Shown here piece by piece: positions 14,772-29,165 of a stretch of DNA of 64,000 nucleotides. Positions within the stretch are counted from its first letter, which is position 1; every line of letters begins with the position of its first letter. The notes below the pieces were generated by a model that saw only the letters and a program-made list of their open reading frames with translations, searched no databases and was not told the origin of the DNA. The position numbers and the translations under genes are program-made. The DNA is from Chrysomallon squamiferum (taxonomy: Eukaryota; Animalia; Mollusca), in NCBI GenBank assembly GCA_012295275.1, contig CM022677.1:11408001-11472000 (forward strand), in the 5' to 3' direction.

Positions 14772-15553
14772 GATTAATTACACATATAAAAATAATAAAA
14801 TTTATTATAATTTACAATTACAATTATGCTCGTAGTTTGCGTATATTTGTGATGTTGTTTTATTTTTAATCATATCTCTCTTGTGGCAACTGAATGAACC
14901 TGACAGTGTCAAACATCCAAGAACTCCTCTCTTTCACGCATAGAAACAAACATTAAATATCCCAAAGCATCCATGTTTGAAGCTTGTTGCCAACGGTGAA
15001 CAAATCATGAATGTCAAATGCTAGGAGACTTGTTACCATGGAGAAAGTAAAACATTACTCAGTAAGAAAACATTATTATTCTCATTTCTATTTTTTGTTA
15101 TGTTCACTTTTATGACCTATATAATAGACGTAGATGTCGTGCTAGTCGAAAACAACAAAGACAGGTGACGTCTTTATGAATGAAAAATAGAAACCTTGCA
15201 CTAAGCTGTTTAATACAACGTCAGTGCGACGTGTGACTATCTGAGTACGTGCCGAGCTTATCAACACTGACACTGAATGTTCTGCTGTCAGTAACATAAA
15301 ACACATCTACTTAATCACTTAAGCGTTGTGACTTTTTTGAGAAACAGAGAGTATTAGAGTGTGGCTTTTGTGTACTTATTACCAGAGTTATGTTATATAC
15401 TCTAAAAAGAGAATACACAAAGAAATGAATGTGAGAGAGAGTGAAAGAAATCAGAAGGGAGCGGAACATGACATAAATAAATATTTGATTATAAATCACC
15501 AATTCATTTTTGAACACCTGCTGACATACATGCATACATACACACACACACAC

Positions 15554-15691
<138 letters not shown>

Positions 15692-15741
15692 CTAATTTTA
15701 CAAATGAGGTCACTGGTTTGATTTTTAGCCTGAAAACTTAC

Positions 15742-16624
15742 CCAATATCAGCATCTATGTAACCTTCTGATCTTCCTTTTAACATGAATGAAATTTCAGT
15801 TACGGTGATTTTCGATGCATCAGGTCCTGGATACACTTTCAAAGTTGCCTAATTTGAAAATAAATGATTATTTGTTTTGTTTTGTTCAAACAGAGGTGGG
15901 TAAAACTCCAGTAGAGAGGAGACAAAGCAACACAATCAGTATTATTTGGTTCTCTTCTGTTTACAAACGCTTTATACACTGGTAGAGTAGCTATTAGTTT
16001 GTACTGTTTCACGCTGTCGAGGTATACTGGTATTTTGACGTTGTCCTCTTCCGCACATTTAGATGGGTAACCTTTCTGTCTAAGTTTAGCTTTTTTGTCA
16101 ACATTAATTCGAGGCGAAGAGTTCAGACGGGGCAGATCACTCGTACAGTGAAGTTTACACTGAAGCATGTCCTGCGCGAGACTGCTGTCATCAATATCTA
16201 GACTGACTGTGTCCAGTTCCACTCCATCAGATCCGTGAACCTGGATCTTTAAAATATACCAACCTCTTTCCAGAATTGCTGATCCTTTCATCTCGGTAAT
16301 GGAATGAAAAACATTCTAGTTATCTCCAGCTGTTTCTGGTGATATGGTGACAAGGGATCCCATTTTCTTCTGGTTTAAAACTGCTGTGATGTTTTCGGGA
16401 TCGTTGCCATTGGAGTATCGTAAACTGGAGATTTCTACCGTGGTTGTTTTCTTCAGACAGAAGTAAAAATTAATGGTTTCGTAGCCTGTTAAAAACACTA
16501 CCTTCTTTGACAAAGCGTTCGATCGAAAATGTATTCGGTGTTTATCTCGAACCTCGGAGGTTGGTAATGGGTAACTGTTGCTCAGACATAATCTACAAAA
16601 CGCTAAAAGTAGAACGGTCTTCAC
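15742..16624 (-). pseudogene. Pseudogene exon of an uncharacterised secreted protein with a CBM6/CBM35-like beta-sandwich signature (left copy)
   Basis: ORFs 16316-16624 and 15839-16291 are in frame across a TAG (AGDN*NVFH, probably Trp). Hydrophobic N-terminus and motifs RSNA..YSNGNDP..G.LVT..WNVF..L.RG...LKIQV..SDGVELD. After a frameshift the frame continues KVYPGPDASKITVTEISFMLKGRSEGYIDADIG to a GTAAGT donor at 15741. Fold assignment is from motif recognition only. Confidence 0.6.
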
Positions 16625-16695
16625 AACGAACAGTTTTCCAAAGTTTCCAAACTAGTTACGTATGATTCTTAGATGTTACATAAAAAGACAAAACA

Positions 16696-17109
16696 GGGCC
16701 CGGCTGCTGTAGCTCAGCTGGTTATTGTGCACGTCCAGGCAAAGAAGGTTCAAGCCTGTTTATCAACACACTGAAACACTTTCCATATAACTGAACATGC
16801 ATTTGTTCAGTAGGGTAGAACCTGACTTGACAATAGTCACACTGCCCATAGACGGGAATGGTGTGGTGAGCATAAGAACTGGTGCATCTGTCGCTGGATA
16901 CGTGGCATCTTTTCGTATGTTGCCTGTTCATTCTCGAACTGCCTTACATGCACGGTCGAAATGAAAGGCACGCAAACCCAAACATTCGATTAATGGTAGA
17001 TTTAGCCGTGGACGGGTTATCGCATGGGGAGGTGTATCTGTGACTGTCAGTACACCCAATCCATAGAGTGCAGAGAAGAGACATCTCTGGGAAGTACTAC
17101 CGAGGCAAG
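16696..17109 (+). mobile_element. Putative tRNA-derived SINE, 3'-truncated (longer mirror copy ~19150-19695, minus strand)
   Basis: Pol III A-box-like TAGCTCAGCTGG (16710-16721) and B-box-like GGTTCAAGCC (16747-16756) at the start of a GC-richer ~400-550 bp block; box spacing is shorter than in a tRNA. Confidence 0.4.
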
Positions 17110-17275
17110 ATTGGTTTGGGACCCGTCATAGTTAATATAGATTCCTTTTGTACTGACTTTGGTTGATGAAAATATGGTAACACTACATATTATTGAATCA
17201 AACATTTTAAAGGGGTCTTCGCTCATACTGAGTTCCTCATAAGGGTCAAGGTATGATAAAGGTTGAAAACCAGTG
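17110..17275. mobile_element. Single end of a hAT-like (Charlie/Buster-type) non-autonomous element
   Basis: Ends in AAGGTTGAAAACCAGTG, similar to hAT TIRs, followed by an 8-mer GTGTAGAG resembling the NTCTAGAN target consensus. No partner end found. Confidence 0.4.
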
Positions 17276-17494
17276 GTGTAGAGTTACCTCCCATTAGTCA
17301 TAGGCTTATTTGTCGTAGTGGCTAATTGTTGGCATTGAATTGATCGTATTTTATTCTTGAATTTACAACAGATATCCGAAGTAGAAAGATCCAGATTTTT
17401 CAAAGTTTTGTTCATAATAGATTATAGTCAGCTTAGGAAATCTCTCCCCATTTTCAAAACTCTTTTATAAAGAATATTTTTATCTTTATTTTAC

Positions 17495-17647
<153 letters not shown>

Positions 17648-18132
17648 ACACACATCAATTATATTTATAGGTTCTGATCTGGAATCCTGTCTCACAACAT
17701 CTTTATGTATTACACGCTGTATGCAGAAAAGAAAAATATTACAGAAACTAAATAATAAAACTTGATATTTGTCTACATATTTTTTCTGTTTACATTCTAA
17801 ACACAAACTAAATGAAAAAATAAATGAAGTGGAAATTTATGATACAAAACAAATTTATTTGCATTTTGTTTATATACATAAACAAACAAACAGTAAATTC
17901 GAAACATAATCTAATTTACTAACATATTTAATATAAATCTGAATGAAAGAAAATTGATAAATAAATCAAATAACAGTTCTTGTATTTCATGTCCAACAGT
18001 CAGTAAGTACATATATAATTTATCTACATTTTATTTTATATACATTTTAAAGCGAAATAAAAAAGTACAAATGAAGCAAGAAATAGTTAATAATATTACG
18101 TTTTATATACAAACAGCAAACATTAGAAATAC

Positions 18133-18173
<41 letters not shown>

Positions 18174-18381
18174 AAAGCAATGAGATGTATCTGTTTGACA
18201 CAAATCAGTCCATTATAAAATTTCAAATCAAAGGAACTGTCTATGACGTCATCACCGCTGTCTGACGTCATCAGAAAAACATAAACAAATCAATAAATCA
18301 ATAAGTAAACAAATAAATAAATAAATACAAATATTAGGCCAGTGATGACTAAAAGTGACAGTGTTTGAACGATGTTGTTTT

Positions 18382-18876
18382 TTACACTAAAAATAACAAA
18401 GCAGGTATTTGTCCGTCTGTCACATATGTACGAAGTTGTCTGTCACTGTGTTTAGATTTGTGTGACACAGAAAATCTACAAACAAAAGAGTCTACAACAA
18501 TTTCTGATTCACCTAAACCTCCACACCTTGAGCGTTCTCCCTTAATATTAACAAACAAGCTGTACTCAGTGTCTTTATTAATCTTCACTGGACGTCTGAA
18601 CACGACGTCATACACGTCAGACACGACGTGTTCATATCTCTGTGTCAGTGTAGACCCGTCCAGTATTTCGTCTGTTCTTGTGTCAGTGACGAAGGCGCTG
18701 ACGTCGTAGTTTCGTGGTTGGTCGTAACCGTACAACTGAAATCCGCGAAGTAAAGCGTTTTTGTTGACAGAGAAAGTAATGGCTTCATCTTCTTTACCAG
18801 AATATGTCCAGTAACCAGCCCATGTTCCATCAAACCTGTTTATTTTAATCTGTGTTTTAGGAATCATTGCAACTTC
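18382..18876 (-). CDS. C-terminal PHR domain exon, BTB-BACK-PHR (BTBD1/2/3/6-like) family; 5' part lost in the gap
   Basis: Open 161-aa frame with PHR hallmarks: INRF..W.YSG..EAITFSVNK..LLRGFQLYG..YDVVFRRPVKI....Y..G...GQIPALLF*. Confidence 0.88.
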   Translation of the reverse strand, partial: EVAMIPKTQIKINRFDGTWAGYWTYSGKEDEAITFSVNKNALLRGFQLYGYDQPRNYDVSAFVTDTRTDEILDGSTLTQRYEHVVSDVYDVVFRRPVKINKDTEYSLFVNIKGERSRCGGLGESEIVVDSFVCRFSVSHKSKHSDRQLRTYVTDGQIPALLFLV

Positions 18877-19076
18877 NNNNNNNNNNNNNNNNNNNNNNNN
18901 NNNNNNNNNNNNNNNNNNNNNNNNNNNNNNNNNNNNNNNNNNNNNNNNNNNNNNNNNNNNNNNNNNNNNNNNNNNNNNNNNNNNNNNNNNNNNNNNNNNN
19001 NNNNNNNNNNNNNNNNNNNNNNNNNNNNNNNNNNNNNNNNNNNNNNNNNNNNNNNNNNNNNNNNNNNNNNNNNNNN
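18877..19076. other. Scaffold gap (200 N)
   Basis: Run of N; the round length suggests a gap of unknown size. Confidence 0.99.
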
Positions 19077-19767
19077 TCGTGAATTCAATTAAATTAATTT
19101 GTATACATGTTTAGAAGAACTGTGTTTATTGTCAAACTCTAATCACAACAGTAAACAATACATTTAACACAAATAACAAAAGTCCACTGATTGATCGCAG
19201 AATGTTTTCTTGAGATCGTTGGACAAAATGGAGGCAAACTGCGCACAAGTCTCCCAGTGGTCAGTTCACAGCGTTTGTTCCGCTTGCCTCGGTAGTACTT
19301 CCCAGAGATGTCTCTTCTTTGCACAATATGGATTGGGTGTACTGACAGTCACAGATACACCTCCCCATACGATAACCCGTCCACGGCTAAATCTATCATT
19401 AATCGAATTTTGGGGTTTGCTTGCCTTTCATTTCGACCGTGCATGTAAGGCAGTTCGAGAATGAACAGGCAACATACGAAAAGATGCCACGTGTCCAGCG
19501 ACAGATGCACCAGTTCTTATGCTCACCACACCATTCCCGTCTATGGGCAGTGTGACTATTGTCAAGACAGGTTCCACCCTACTGAACAAATGCATGTTCA
19601 GTTATATGGAAAGTGTTTCAGTGTGTTGATAAACAGACCTGAACCTTCTTTGCCTGGACGTGCACAATAACCAGCTGAACTACAGCAGCCGTGCCCTGTT
19701 GTGTCTTTTTATGTAAAATCTAAGAATCATACGTAACTAGTTTGGAAACTTTGGAAAACTGTTCGTT

Positions 19768-20642
19768 GTAAAGACCGTTCTACTTTTAGCGTTCTCTAGA
19801 TTATGTCCTAGCAACAGTTACCCATTACCAGCCTCCGAGGTTCGAGATAAACACCGAATACATTTTCGATCAAACACTCTGTCGACGAAGGTAGTGTTTT
19901 TAACAGGCTACGAAACCATTAATTTTTACTTCTGTCTGAAGAAAACACAACCACGGTAAAAATCTCCAGTTTATGATACTCCAATGGCAACGATCCCGAA
20001 AACACCACGGCAGTTTTAAACCAGAAGAAAATAGGATCCATTGTCACCATATCACCAGAAACAGCTGGAGATAACTAGAATGTTTTTCATTCCAGTACCG
20101 CGATGAAAGGATCAGTAATTCTGGAAAGAGGTTGGTATATTTTAAAGATCCAGGTTCACGGATCTGATGGAGTGGAACTGGACACAGTCAGTCTAGATAT
20201 TGATGACAGCAGTCTCGCGCAGGACATGCTTCAGTGTAAACTTCACTGTACGAGTGATCTGCCCCGTCTGAACTCTTCGCCTCGAATTAATGTTGACAAA
20301 AAAGCTAAACTTAGACAGAAAGGTTACCCATCTAAATGTGCGGAAGAGGTCAACGTCAAAATACCAGTATACCTCGACAGCGTGAAACAGTACAAACTAA
20401 TAGCTACTCTGCGAGTGTATAAAGCTTTTGTAAACAGAAGAGAACCAAATAATACTGATTGTCTTGCTTTGTCTCCTCTGGAGTTTTACCCACCTCTGTT
20501 TGAATAAAACAAATAATCATCTATTTTCAAATTAGGCAACTTTGAAAGTGTATCCAGAACCTGATGCATCGAAAATCACCGTAACTGAAATTTCATTCAT
20601 GTTAAAAGGAAGATCCGAAGGTTACATAGATGCTGATATTGG
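19768..20642 (+). pseudogene. Pseudogene exon of the secreted CBM-like protein (right copy)
   Basis: Mirror of 15742-16624. Same TAG at 20076-20078, an extra +2 frameshift near 19946, ORF 20103-20507, and a GTAAGT donor at 20643. Confidence 0.6.
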
Positions 20643-20673
20643 GTAAGTCTTCAGGCTAAATATAAAAAATTAG

Positions 20674-20762
<89 letters not shown>

Positions 20763-22212
20763 TATGTGTATGTGTGTGTATGTATGCATGTATGTCAGCA
20801 GGTGTTCAAAAATGAATTGGTGATTTATAATCAAATATTTATTTATGTCATGTTCCGCTCCCTTCTGATTTCTTTCACTCTCTATCATATTCATTTATTT
20901 GTGTATTCTCTTTTTAGAGTATATAACATAATTCTGGTAATAAGTACACAAAAGCCACACTCTAATACTCTCTGTTTCTCAGAAAAGTCACAACGCTTAA
21001 GTGATTAAGTAGATGTGTTTTATGTTACTGACAGCAGAACATTCAGTGTCACTGTTGATAAGCTCGGCACGTACTCAGATAGTCACACGTCGTTGTATTA
21101 AACAGCTTAGTGCAAGGTTTCTATTTTTCATTCATAAAGACGTCACCTGTCTTTGTTGTTTTCGACTAGCACGACATCTACATCTATTATATAGGTCATA
21201 AAAGTGAACATAACAAAAAGTAGAAATGAGAATAATAATGTTTTCTTATTGAGTAATGTTTTACTTTCTCCATGGTAACAAGTCTCCTAGCATTCATGAT
21301 TTGTTCATGATTTGTTCACCGTTGGCAACAAGCTTCAAACATGGATGCTTTGGGATATTTAATGTTTGTTTCTATGCGTGAAAGAGAGGAGTTTTTGGAT
21401 GTTTGACACTGTCAGGTTCATTCAGTTGCCACAAGAGAGATATGATTAAAAATAAAACAACATCACAAATATACGCAAACTACGAGCATAATTGTAATTG
21501 TAAATTATAATACATTTTATTATTTTGATATGTGTAATTAATCTTATCTCTCTCTCTCTCTCTCTGAGATACACCTGCATATACGTGTGTGTGTGTGTGT
21601 GAGTCTGTGTGTGAAACAAATATCACTGAGTAAAATTATTATTTTATGACAGTATAATTAAATTGATTTCCCGATATTAATTATTATACGAAAGATGGTG
21701 ATAATGTGCTTGTCAATAAATTTACAAAAATAAACGTAAATTATTTTAACATAGGTTGCCGCTACTTTCTGTTATTTGTCATTTCGACCGTTTCTTTCCT
21801 GTGGAAAATGTAGACACACACATATTTATACACAGAGATATTTTTTCCCAGGAAAGAAAAGGTCGAAATGACAAAGTCAAATCTCCGTCTTTTGTTCAGT
21901 TAACAGCGTCCAGAGAGAGAGAGAAAAAAAAAAAGGTCTTAGGAGATTAAGATAAGATTTTGTTTCTTTGAAGAACAAAGGAGATTTTTCTTCTTGTGCT
22001 TCTCCCTTTCCATACTTATTTTTTTATTTTTTTCATTTATATAGCTTTTCAAGTCTTATAAGAAATATTTGTTATCTGTGTTCAGTTTGTTTACAATTAA
22101 CTTATTATTAAAACTCGAGTGAGCGAAACAAGACCTACTAATCTGTTTTGTCACGGCCAAAGTTCTCTCAGCTTTATTACCTGGAGACAAAGATTTTTGC
22201 TGTATATATATT

Positions 22213-22320
<108 letters not shown>

Positions 22321-22528
22321 TCCATTATCAGCATCTATGCAACCTTCTGATCTTCCTTTTAACATGAATGAAATTTCAGTATGTAACTTTTTAAAACCTT
22401 TCGCTTCTGAGAAACTGCCATTTGTGTCATGTATGTATACAAAAGAAATGTAAAAAATTAAAAATTAACATATATTTTCCTTACTTATTTATTACTTCTC
22501 GATTTTTATTATTACTCCTATTATTATG

Positions 22529-22574
<46 letters not shown>

Positions 22575-22890
22575 GTTCCCAACAGTCGATCTGCTTTTAA
22601 ACAAATTATATATCTCTGTCTATTTATTTATTTGTTTTCATTTTCTAAGGTAAATTAGAATCATAAGCTACCAGTCGACGTTTTTTCACTTCGGGTCAAA
22701 TTAGTGCGTTTGTGATTTTTATCTTACATATATCTTGACAGCGATTTACTTTACTGAACCTAAGAATTCATATTAAATCAAATACGCACGCACACACACA
22801 ATATAATTTTTTCTTGCATGTATACATGTATGTATATGTATGTTTTTTGTGTGTGTCATTTTAATATGAATTCGGACACACACACACACG

Positions 22891-22928
<38 letters not shown>

Positions 22929-23296
22929 GTAGTCAAGCAGCCGTTATCTCTTCCTCCTCTTCCAGATTCTAAAATTATTACAAACTGCTAAAACATCATG
23001 AACATAGTTGAATGTTACTGTTTATAAGAAAAAGTAATATTCGTGTCTGTATGGCTTATGCGACAACAGAAAATAATCAGAATGTCTAATAGTAAAATTT
23101 CCCTGTTGTAACTAATTTTCTGACAATTCAGTGATTTAATAAAGAGTACAGACCTGATATCAAATATTTCTCTCTTCAACAATCTGCTGACCGCGTGACT
23201 GACCCAGATAAAACACTTCTTAAAATAAATCTTCTTTTATCTTTGTTGTATTCAAGATAACACTAGGTACGGAGCAATATTTGAAATAAAATTCAT

Positions 23297-23328
<32 letters not shown>

Positions 23329-24294
23329 TCCTTTATTATCAAATTTTTCTATGTTTGATATTGTCCTGTGTTTCATCTATTTAAATTTCTTTGCATATGA
23401 ATAACTGGATTCTGTACTGAAAGTTGGAATACTACTAAGACCCGTGTATCAAACTGTTGTCATCTCTGTTCAGCTTGTTATTGAAACACGTGTTAGTGAT
23501 AACATGACCTACTAATCTGTTTTCTCAAGACTAAAGTTTACTTAGTTGTCTCAAATTTATTACACAAAGATAAAGTACAAAGTCAACTTAGAGAGAGAGA
23601 GAAAAATGAATCTGTTTTGTCAAGACTAAAGTTTTCTTAGTTATCTTAACTTTATTAAATAGAAATTAGATTACTTTAGTACAAAGTCAACTTAATGACA
23701 GAGAGGGAGATAAATAGTACAACTTTTTAATAAATAAAACTTTTATAAAGCATAGAAAAGATAAATAAGTAAACAAATGAACAAAAAAGTAAATGAAACA
23801 AAATATATTAAGATAAATAAATAAACCTGTTAATAAACAGCAACAAAAAAAAAAAAAAAATGAAAAGCAAATAAACAAATACATAAATAAACAAGTTAAC
23901 AAATAAATAAATAAATAAATAACAACGACAAGAATAATAAAAACAGTAACAGAAACAGAAGTAGTAGTGGTGGCAGTACAAGGAAAAATACTAATATTTA
24001 TTTTATTATATTTCTAAATAAAAATTAACAGTACTGCGAAAAATAATAAAAGTACTGAATCACGTTAACTACCTAACTAAACTGAAAACACGTTATCTGT
24101 GTTCATAGACTCCACACAGGCAAAATGTATAAACAAGTTAAGAAAAAAGACCATAATAAAAAAATAATTAAAACATTTCTTCTCGATGTTCATCTCAAAG
24201 TTTGCTCCAACCTGCAAGAAAAAAAAAAAAAAAAATATTTAAGTAGGTCAAATGACTAAAAAGTAAAATCTATAAAATAACCTTAATAATAGTT

Positions 24295-25070
24295 TTAAGG
24301 TCAGGGTTAGAAACAGACTTTGCATAAGATTTAAAGTTACGCACTTCTTTAGCGTCAGAGTTAGGGCTTTAGGTTAGGGTTAGGGTTCGAGCTCGGGTTA
24401 TGTAAATTTTAGTATGAGGTTATGATAATGTGGAAATAATTTTAGGCTCACGATTAGAAGTAACGTTAAGAATCAAGGATCGGGACTTGAGTAAGATTAA
24501 CTTTAGAAGTTCGGCTGTGGTTAGCTTTAGGATGAGGATTAGGGTTAGGATTAGGGTTAGTGTTAGTGTTAGGATTATTCAAAGTTTATTATGAGTCTTA
24601 CGATAATCTGCAAAACAGTTTTATGATCAGAGTTAGTATTAGTGTTAGGGATTGAGTCTGGGTTAGGGTTAGGTTAGGATTAAGGTTAGGGTTAGGGTTA
24701 ATTTAGGGTTAGGGTAAGGGTTAAGGTGATGTTTATTTAAAGATTATTATCAGATAATATTAAAGATAATATGCAAAATAATTTTAGGGTCACCATTAGG
24801 AGGAGCGTTAATGTAAAAATCCACGTTGTGGACTTAGGATTAGGTTTAGAATTTGAGCTAGGGTTAGGTTAGGTTAGGGTTAAGATTAGGGTTATTGTTT
24901 GGGTTAGACTTAGGATTACGGTAGTGTGGAAAATAGTTTTAGGTCAGAGTTAGAGATAGGCTCAATGTTAGGGATATTGTAAATATTACTATGAATGTTA
25001 TAATAATAATAAAAATAATTTTAGCATCATCATTAGAAGTAGCCTTTGCGTAAGAATTAAGGTTTGGGGT
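24295..25070 (+). repeat. Degenerate interstitial telomere-like array, (TTAGGG)n blocks on + strand
   Basis: Mirror of 9590-10370; runs such as GGTTAGGGTTAGGGTTAATTTAGGGTTAGGG at ~24683-24715. Confidence 0.85.
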
Positions 25071-26356
25071 ATTGGCATTAAAATTACCTCACGTCATTAG
25101 TTTTACACTATCAACAAATTCTATCGTGTATAAACAAAATTCTAAGACGAAGATGTTGTAAAAATGAAACTAACTTTGTCCTTCAGCAAGCATCATAATA
25201 TTATTTTAGATGTCATAATATGCAACAGGTTTGGCAGCCGGAAAATAACGATGATCCCAAATAAATCTTTCTTTGAAAAATGATTTAAATTGAGATTGAT
25301 AAAAAGGAATTATCAGATATTTTCTTTTTAGGTGCAGCGTCACGTAATATACCAGACAAACAGAAAGATCCATTTGCTGTATTCATCAACCTGTAATTAA
25401 TTATCACATTTTCCTGTAAAAACGCTTCTGATAAAATCACCACCACTGTTTATGTGACAAATTTATTATCGAGTGATTTTTAACTCGTTACAGTTCTGCA
25501 GAAACAGTGGTAAGATTTGTAGCCTCTTCTTTGTGAAACCGGAAAGTATAATCAGGAATATGGAGGACATTCTATAGTAATATTAATTAACAAATTATGT
25601 TCAGAGTTATTAATGTAATTAATAAAATATTAAGTTATTTTCGTTGATTTTAATTGTCAGTGTATAAACTGCGCTTCTGATAACTTGAGAATAAATGACT
25701 ACAACGTCACTTTTCTTTCTTTTTTAAAACTTTTTCAGTATATTTTAACCTTGAGATATCCCGTTTATTTTGTAATAGGAGCACTGTTCATAAACGTGAA
25801 TTGAGACTGAGAAAAAATGATATAAAATATAGGTTATTATAACTAAATCTCAGTGTATTCATTAAAACAGCTCTACTGGCAGTAATTATAAACTTTGCAT
25901 TAAATACATTTGCAGACAATGATTCATTCTATTAAAGTGTATTAATTTACAGTACTGCTAGTAACTAAAGGATAATTACTGATGTGACATTCAAGTTAAT
26001 AGAAAATTAGGCTTTTAGGCAAAAAGTGAAGATTAATTACAGGCTGATGGTATGAATCAACATGAACCTTTTTAAAGTGAAATGCTTGATCGCTAGAAAT
26101 GAATGTGGTTTACACAGCATATTAGAGTGATAATTAGATGTGCAGCGTAATATTAAGTGGTGCTGTTTTCTTTATTCAACAAATATTGTAAAAAGAAAAG
26201 TCTACATGAGAGAAAAAGGTGAGATACATTTTATTATCTATCACAGTTTATTATTTATAATTACAGTCTTCTAGAGTCAGAACAAGTTGAGAATAAAATA
26301 TATTAATGTGAGTTCTGTTGTGTAAATGAATAATTTGAGTTTCAGCTATAATAATG

Positions 26357-26414
<58 letters not shown>

Positions 26415-28694
26415 TTTATTTTTATTAAGGACTTCTTCTTTATTTTATTTAATTTATTTTATTTTATTATTATTATTTTTAATATACCAAAAATCAAAAA
26501 AATCCAACACACACCTCAGTACTCATTTATAATTTTTAATAATAATAATAATAATAACATTATTACAGATAAACCTCAATTCAATCATATAAACATGTCA
26601 TGTTAATAATAAAAATACTGACAGTGAATACAACGTAAATTCCGACGCGCAGTCTTTCTTCAGATATCTGTAGAAATGTAATTCTCAGTTTGTCAGTTTA
26701 ACCGTTGTGACTCTAAAAGCCTTTTCTCCATCTGCAATCTTAATACATTATCCAGAAATACTCGTATTTTCCTGTAATATATAATAAATAAATTGTGAGA
26801 AAAAAAAGAAGTAATAATAATAATAATAACACATATACTCACACAATTCCTTAGTTGTTATTAAAGTTTAAAAAAAATGTTTATCACTTAAGCTGTTCTA
26901 TAATTCTCGATTTACACTGATTCTACATTCTATAATATTAACTGCGCTCCTACTAAAGATGATTTTATTTATTTATTTTTCATAAATAAAAAAGAAATAT
27001 TCACTTTATTTATACGGCGTTATTTGATTTTAATAACCTTTTCCAGCAGTATCATCTTTCTTTTCTGTATTCTCTGATAGTTAAATACAAAATGTTTGAC
27101 ATTATACAGCGCCGTGTTTCACAATAATATGCGGGTATGTAACAGAAAACAACATTGCGCCGTTTCTTAAACTAAATTTTGATAACCTTGACATAGTCGA
27201 AAAATAAAATTTTATTTTCAGTTACAGCGCAGAACATTTTATTAAAAACGGCGTTAACTTAATAATAAGAATAATTTTCTGCAGATGACAGGTAGCTGTC
27301 TGACTTTTCCTATTGTTAATAGAAAAGTATATCAATTAATTTTCTGAAAGTAAATATTTTTAATATAAAATAAGAATATAATTACCAAGATATTCAGTTT
27401 TGCACCTAATAAAAAGAAAACACAGAGAAGTCTGGGAAAAGGGAAACTTATTAATGTATTTTCACTCAGTGATTCTGTATTTTATCTATATTTATCTATT
27501 ATTATTATTGTATTCAGAGGTGATCTAATACAATGAAATATTAATTTTCGAGGTAAACTACAAAAGTTCTTGATATTTTAAAGTTGTTTTGATAATGACG
27601 TGTAAAAGAATCAGTGTTAAACAGCAGTACAGTTATTATAAGATTAAGGTAATTGTCGCTCATTGTCTCAATTTATTCCTGTAAACTGCTGGTAGTAAAT
27701 TAAAACGGAAATTCTGTCGAACGTTCTCACATTATCTTCAGAAAACTACGCTCCTAGAAACTAAATATGATATTTATGTCATTAATTCTGAAGTTATTAA
27801 TATAATTTGCTGAGATTCCATTAAGGTAGCAGCTAGGTGTTAAAGTTATACTATTCTGTTCTTTACAAAATATTTTTAAAGTTTTGTAGAAGACGTATGG
27901 ACAGGCATGTTTTTTTTTTTTTTATGATATAACTTACAGATTATAATATTAATACAATAGACGTCTCCTAGTAGAATAAAATGTAACTGTAAGTGAAATT
28001 ATCAGTATTTTTTATGATACAAAACAGTGATAAATCATAATAAAACATCACGTTATTTTCACTCAGTATCAATTTATGATAAAACGTCGCTGGTTTTATA
28101 TATTAACGTGAATTACGTCGCGTTTTACAAAACAGAAAACTTCGCTTATCTCTGTGAATTTTAATTTTAATGTCGTTTGCTTTGCAAAATCAAATTTTGT
28201 GATCAAGTAAAGTGTATATTAATTTTTATTTTTATTTTTTTTGTTCAGAAGAAACTGTAAGTCAGTTTAACAGAAAAATATTGTCACAATAGAGTGGCTT
28301 CCCCTGTATAATCTAGTCAATAAGTTATTTATTTCTGAATTTACAAGTCGAGCTCTGTAAAATGCCACTATAAAATAAAAGCTCAGACTTTATTAGAATC
28401 TATTCATTTTTGTTTATACGTTGATAATAAATTTATGTTGTCAACATGAGCGCAGTTTTCACAGGTAATTTGAAACTGAACGACGACATTTACTGTTATT
28501 AACTCTATCAAGATTTTTCTTGAAAAGCCGATAAAATTCCTTTAGTTGTATCCAAGATTATACTACCAAATTAAATATGAAATTATACAGAGAAATTAAT
28601 GATTAACTGGTATAATATTGGTTACCATATTTAAAAATATCATTTGTTTGAAAGGCCCTCTGTACTTCTCAACAACAACAAAAAAATATATATA

Positions 28695-28737
<43 letters not shown>

Positions 28738-29112
28738 ATATATGTATAGTTTTATAAAATTTGTTTTAGAGAGAAATGAAAAGATATGATCAGTATGCCT
28801 TTCTGTTATTATAATTAAAAGTCCCGCGTAATATCAATAACTTCAGAGACGTTATGAGAGTAATAGTATCTTATTTATAGATTTTAAAAGAAAAGCAGGA
28901 AATGCTCAGTTTAACATGTTATTATCTTTCATAATCCAATTAATCCTCTAAATAATAATTATTCTGTAGTATAGCAATAAATATGGTGTCAATATCTCAC
29001 TGATTAAAACTGCATAACGCCGTACAAATAAAAAAAAAAAAACAAACGGTCTCATTTTTATTTGTATAAACCTTTCGAGGTATTAAAAAAAAAAGAAAAA
29101 AAAAGAAGCAGA

Positions 29113-29165
<53 letters not shown>

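Noticed and set aside
16703-16765. tRNA gene
   Set aside because: A- and B-box-like motifs are too close together and no cloverleaf can be drawn.
16722-16931. 69-aa ORF conserved in both arms (also 19461-19670)
   Set aside because: Conservation just reflects arm identity; no recognisable domain, and it overlaps the SINE-like block.
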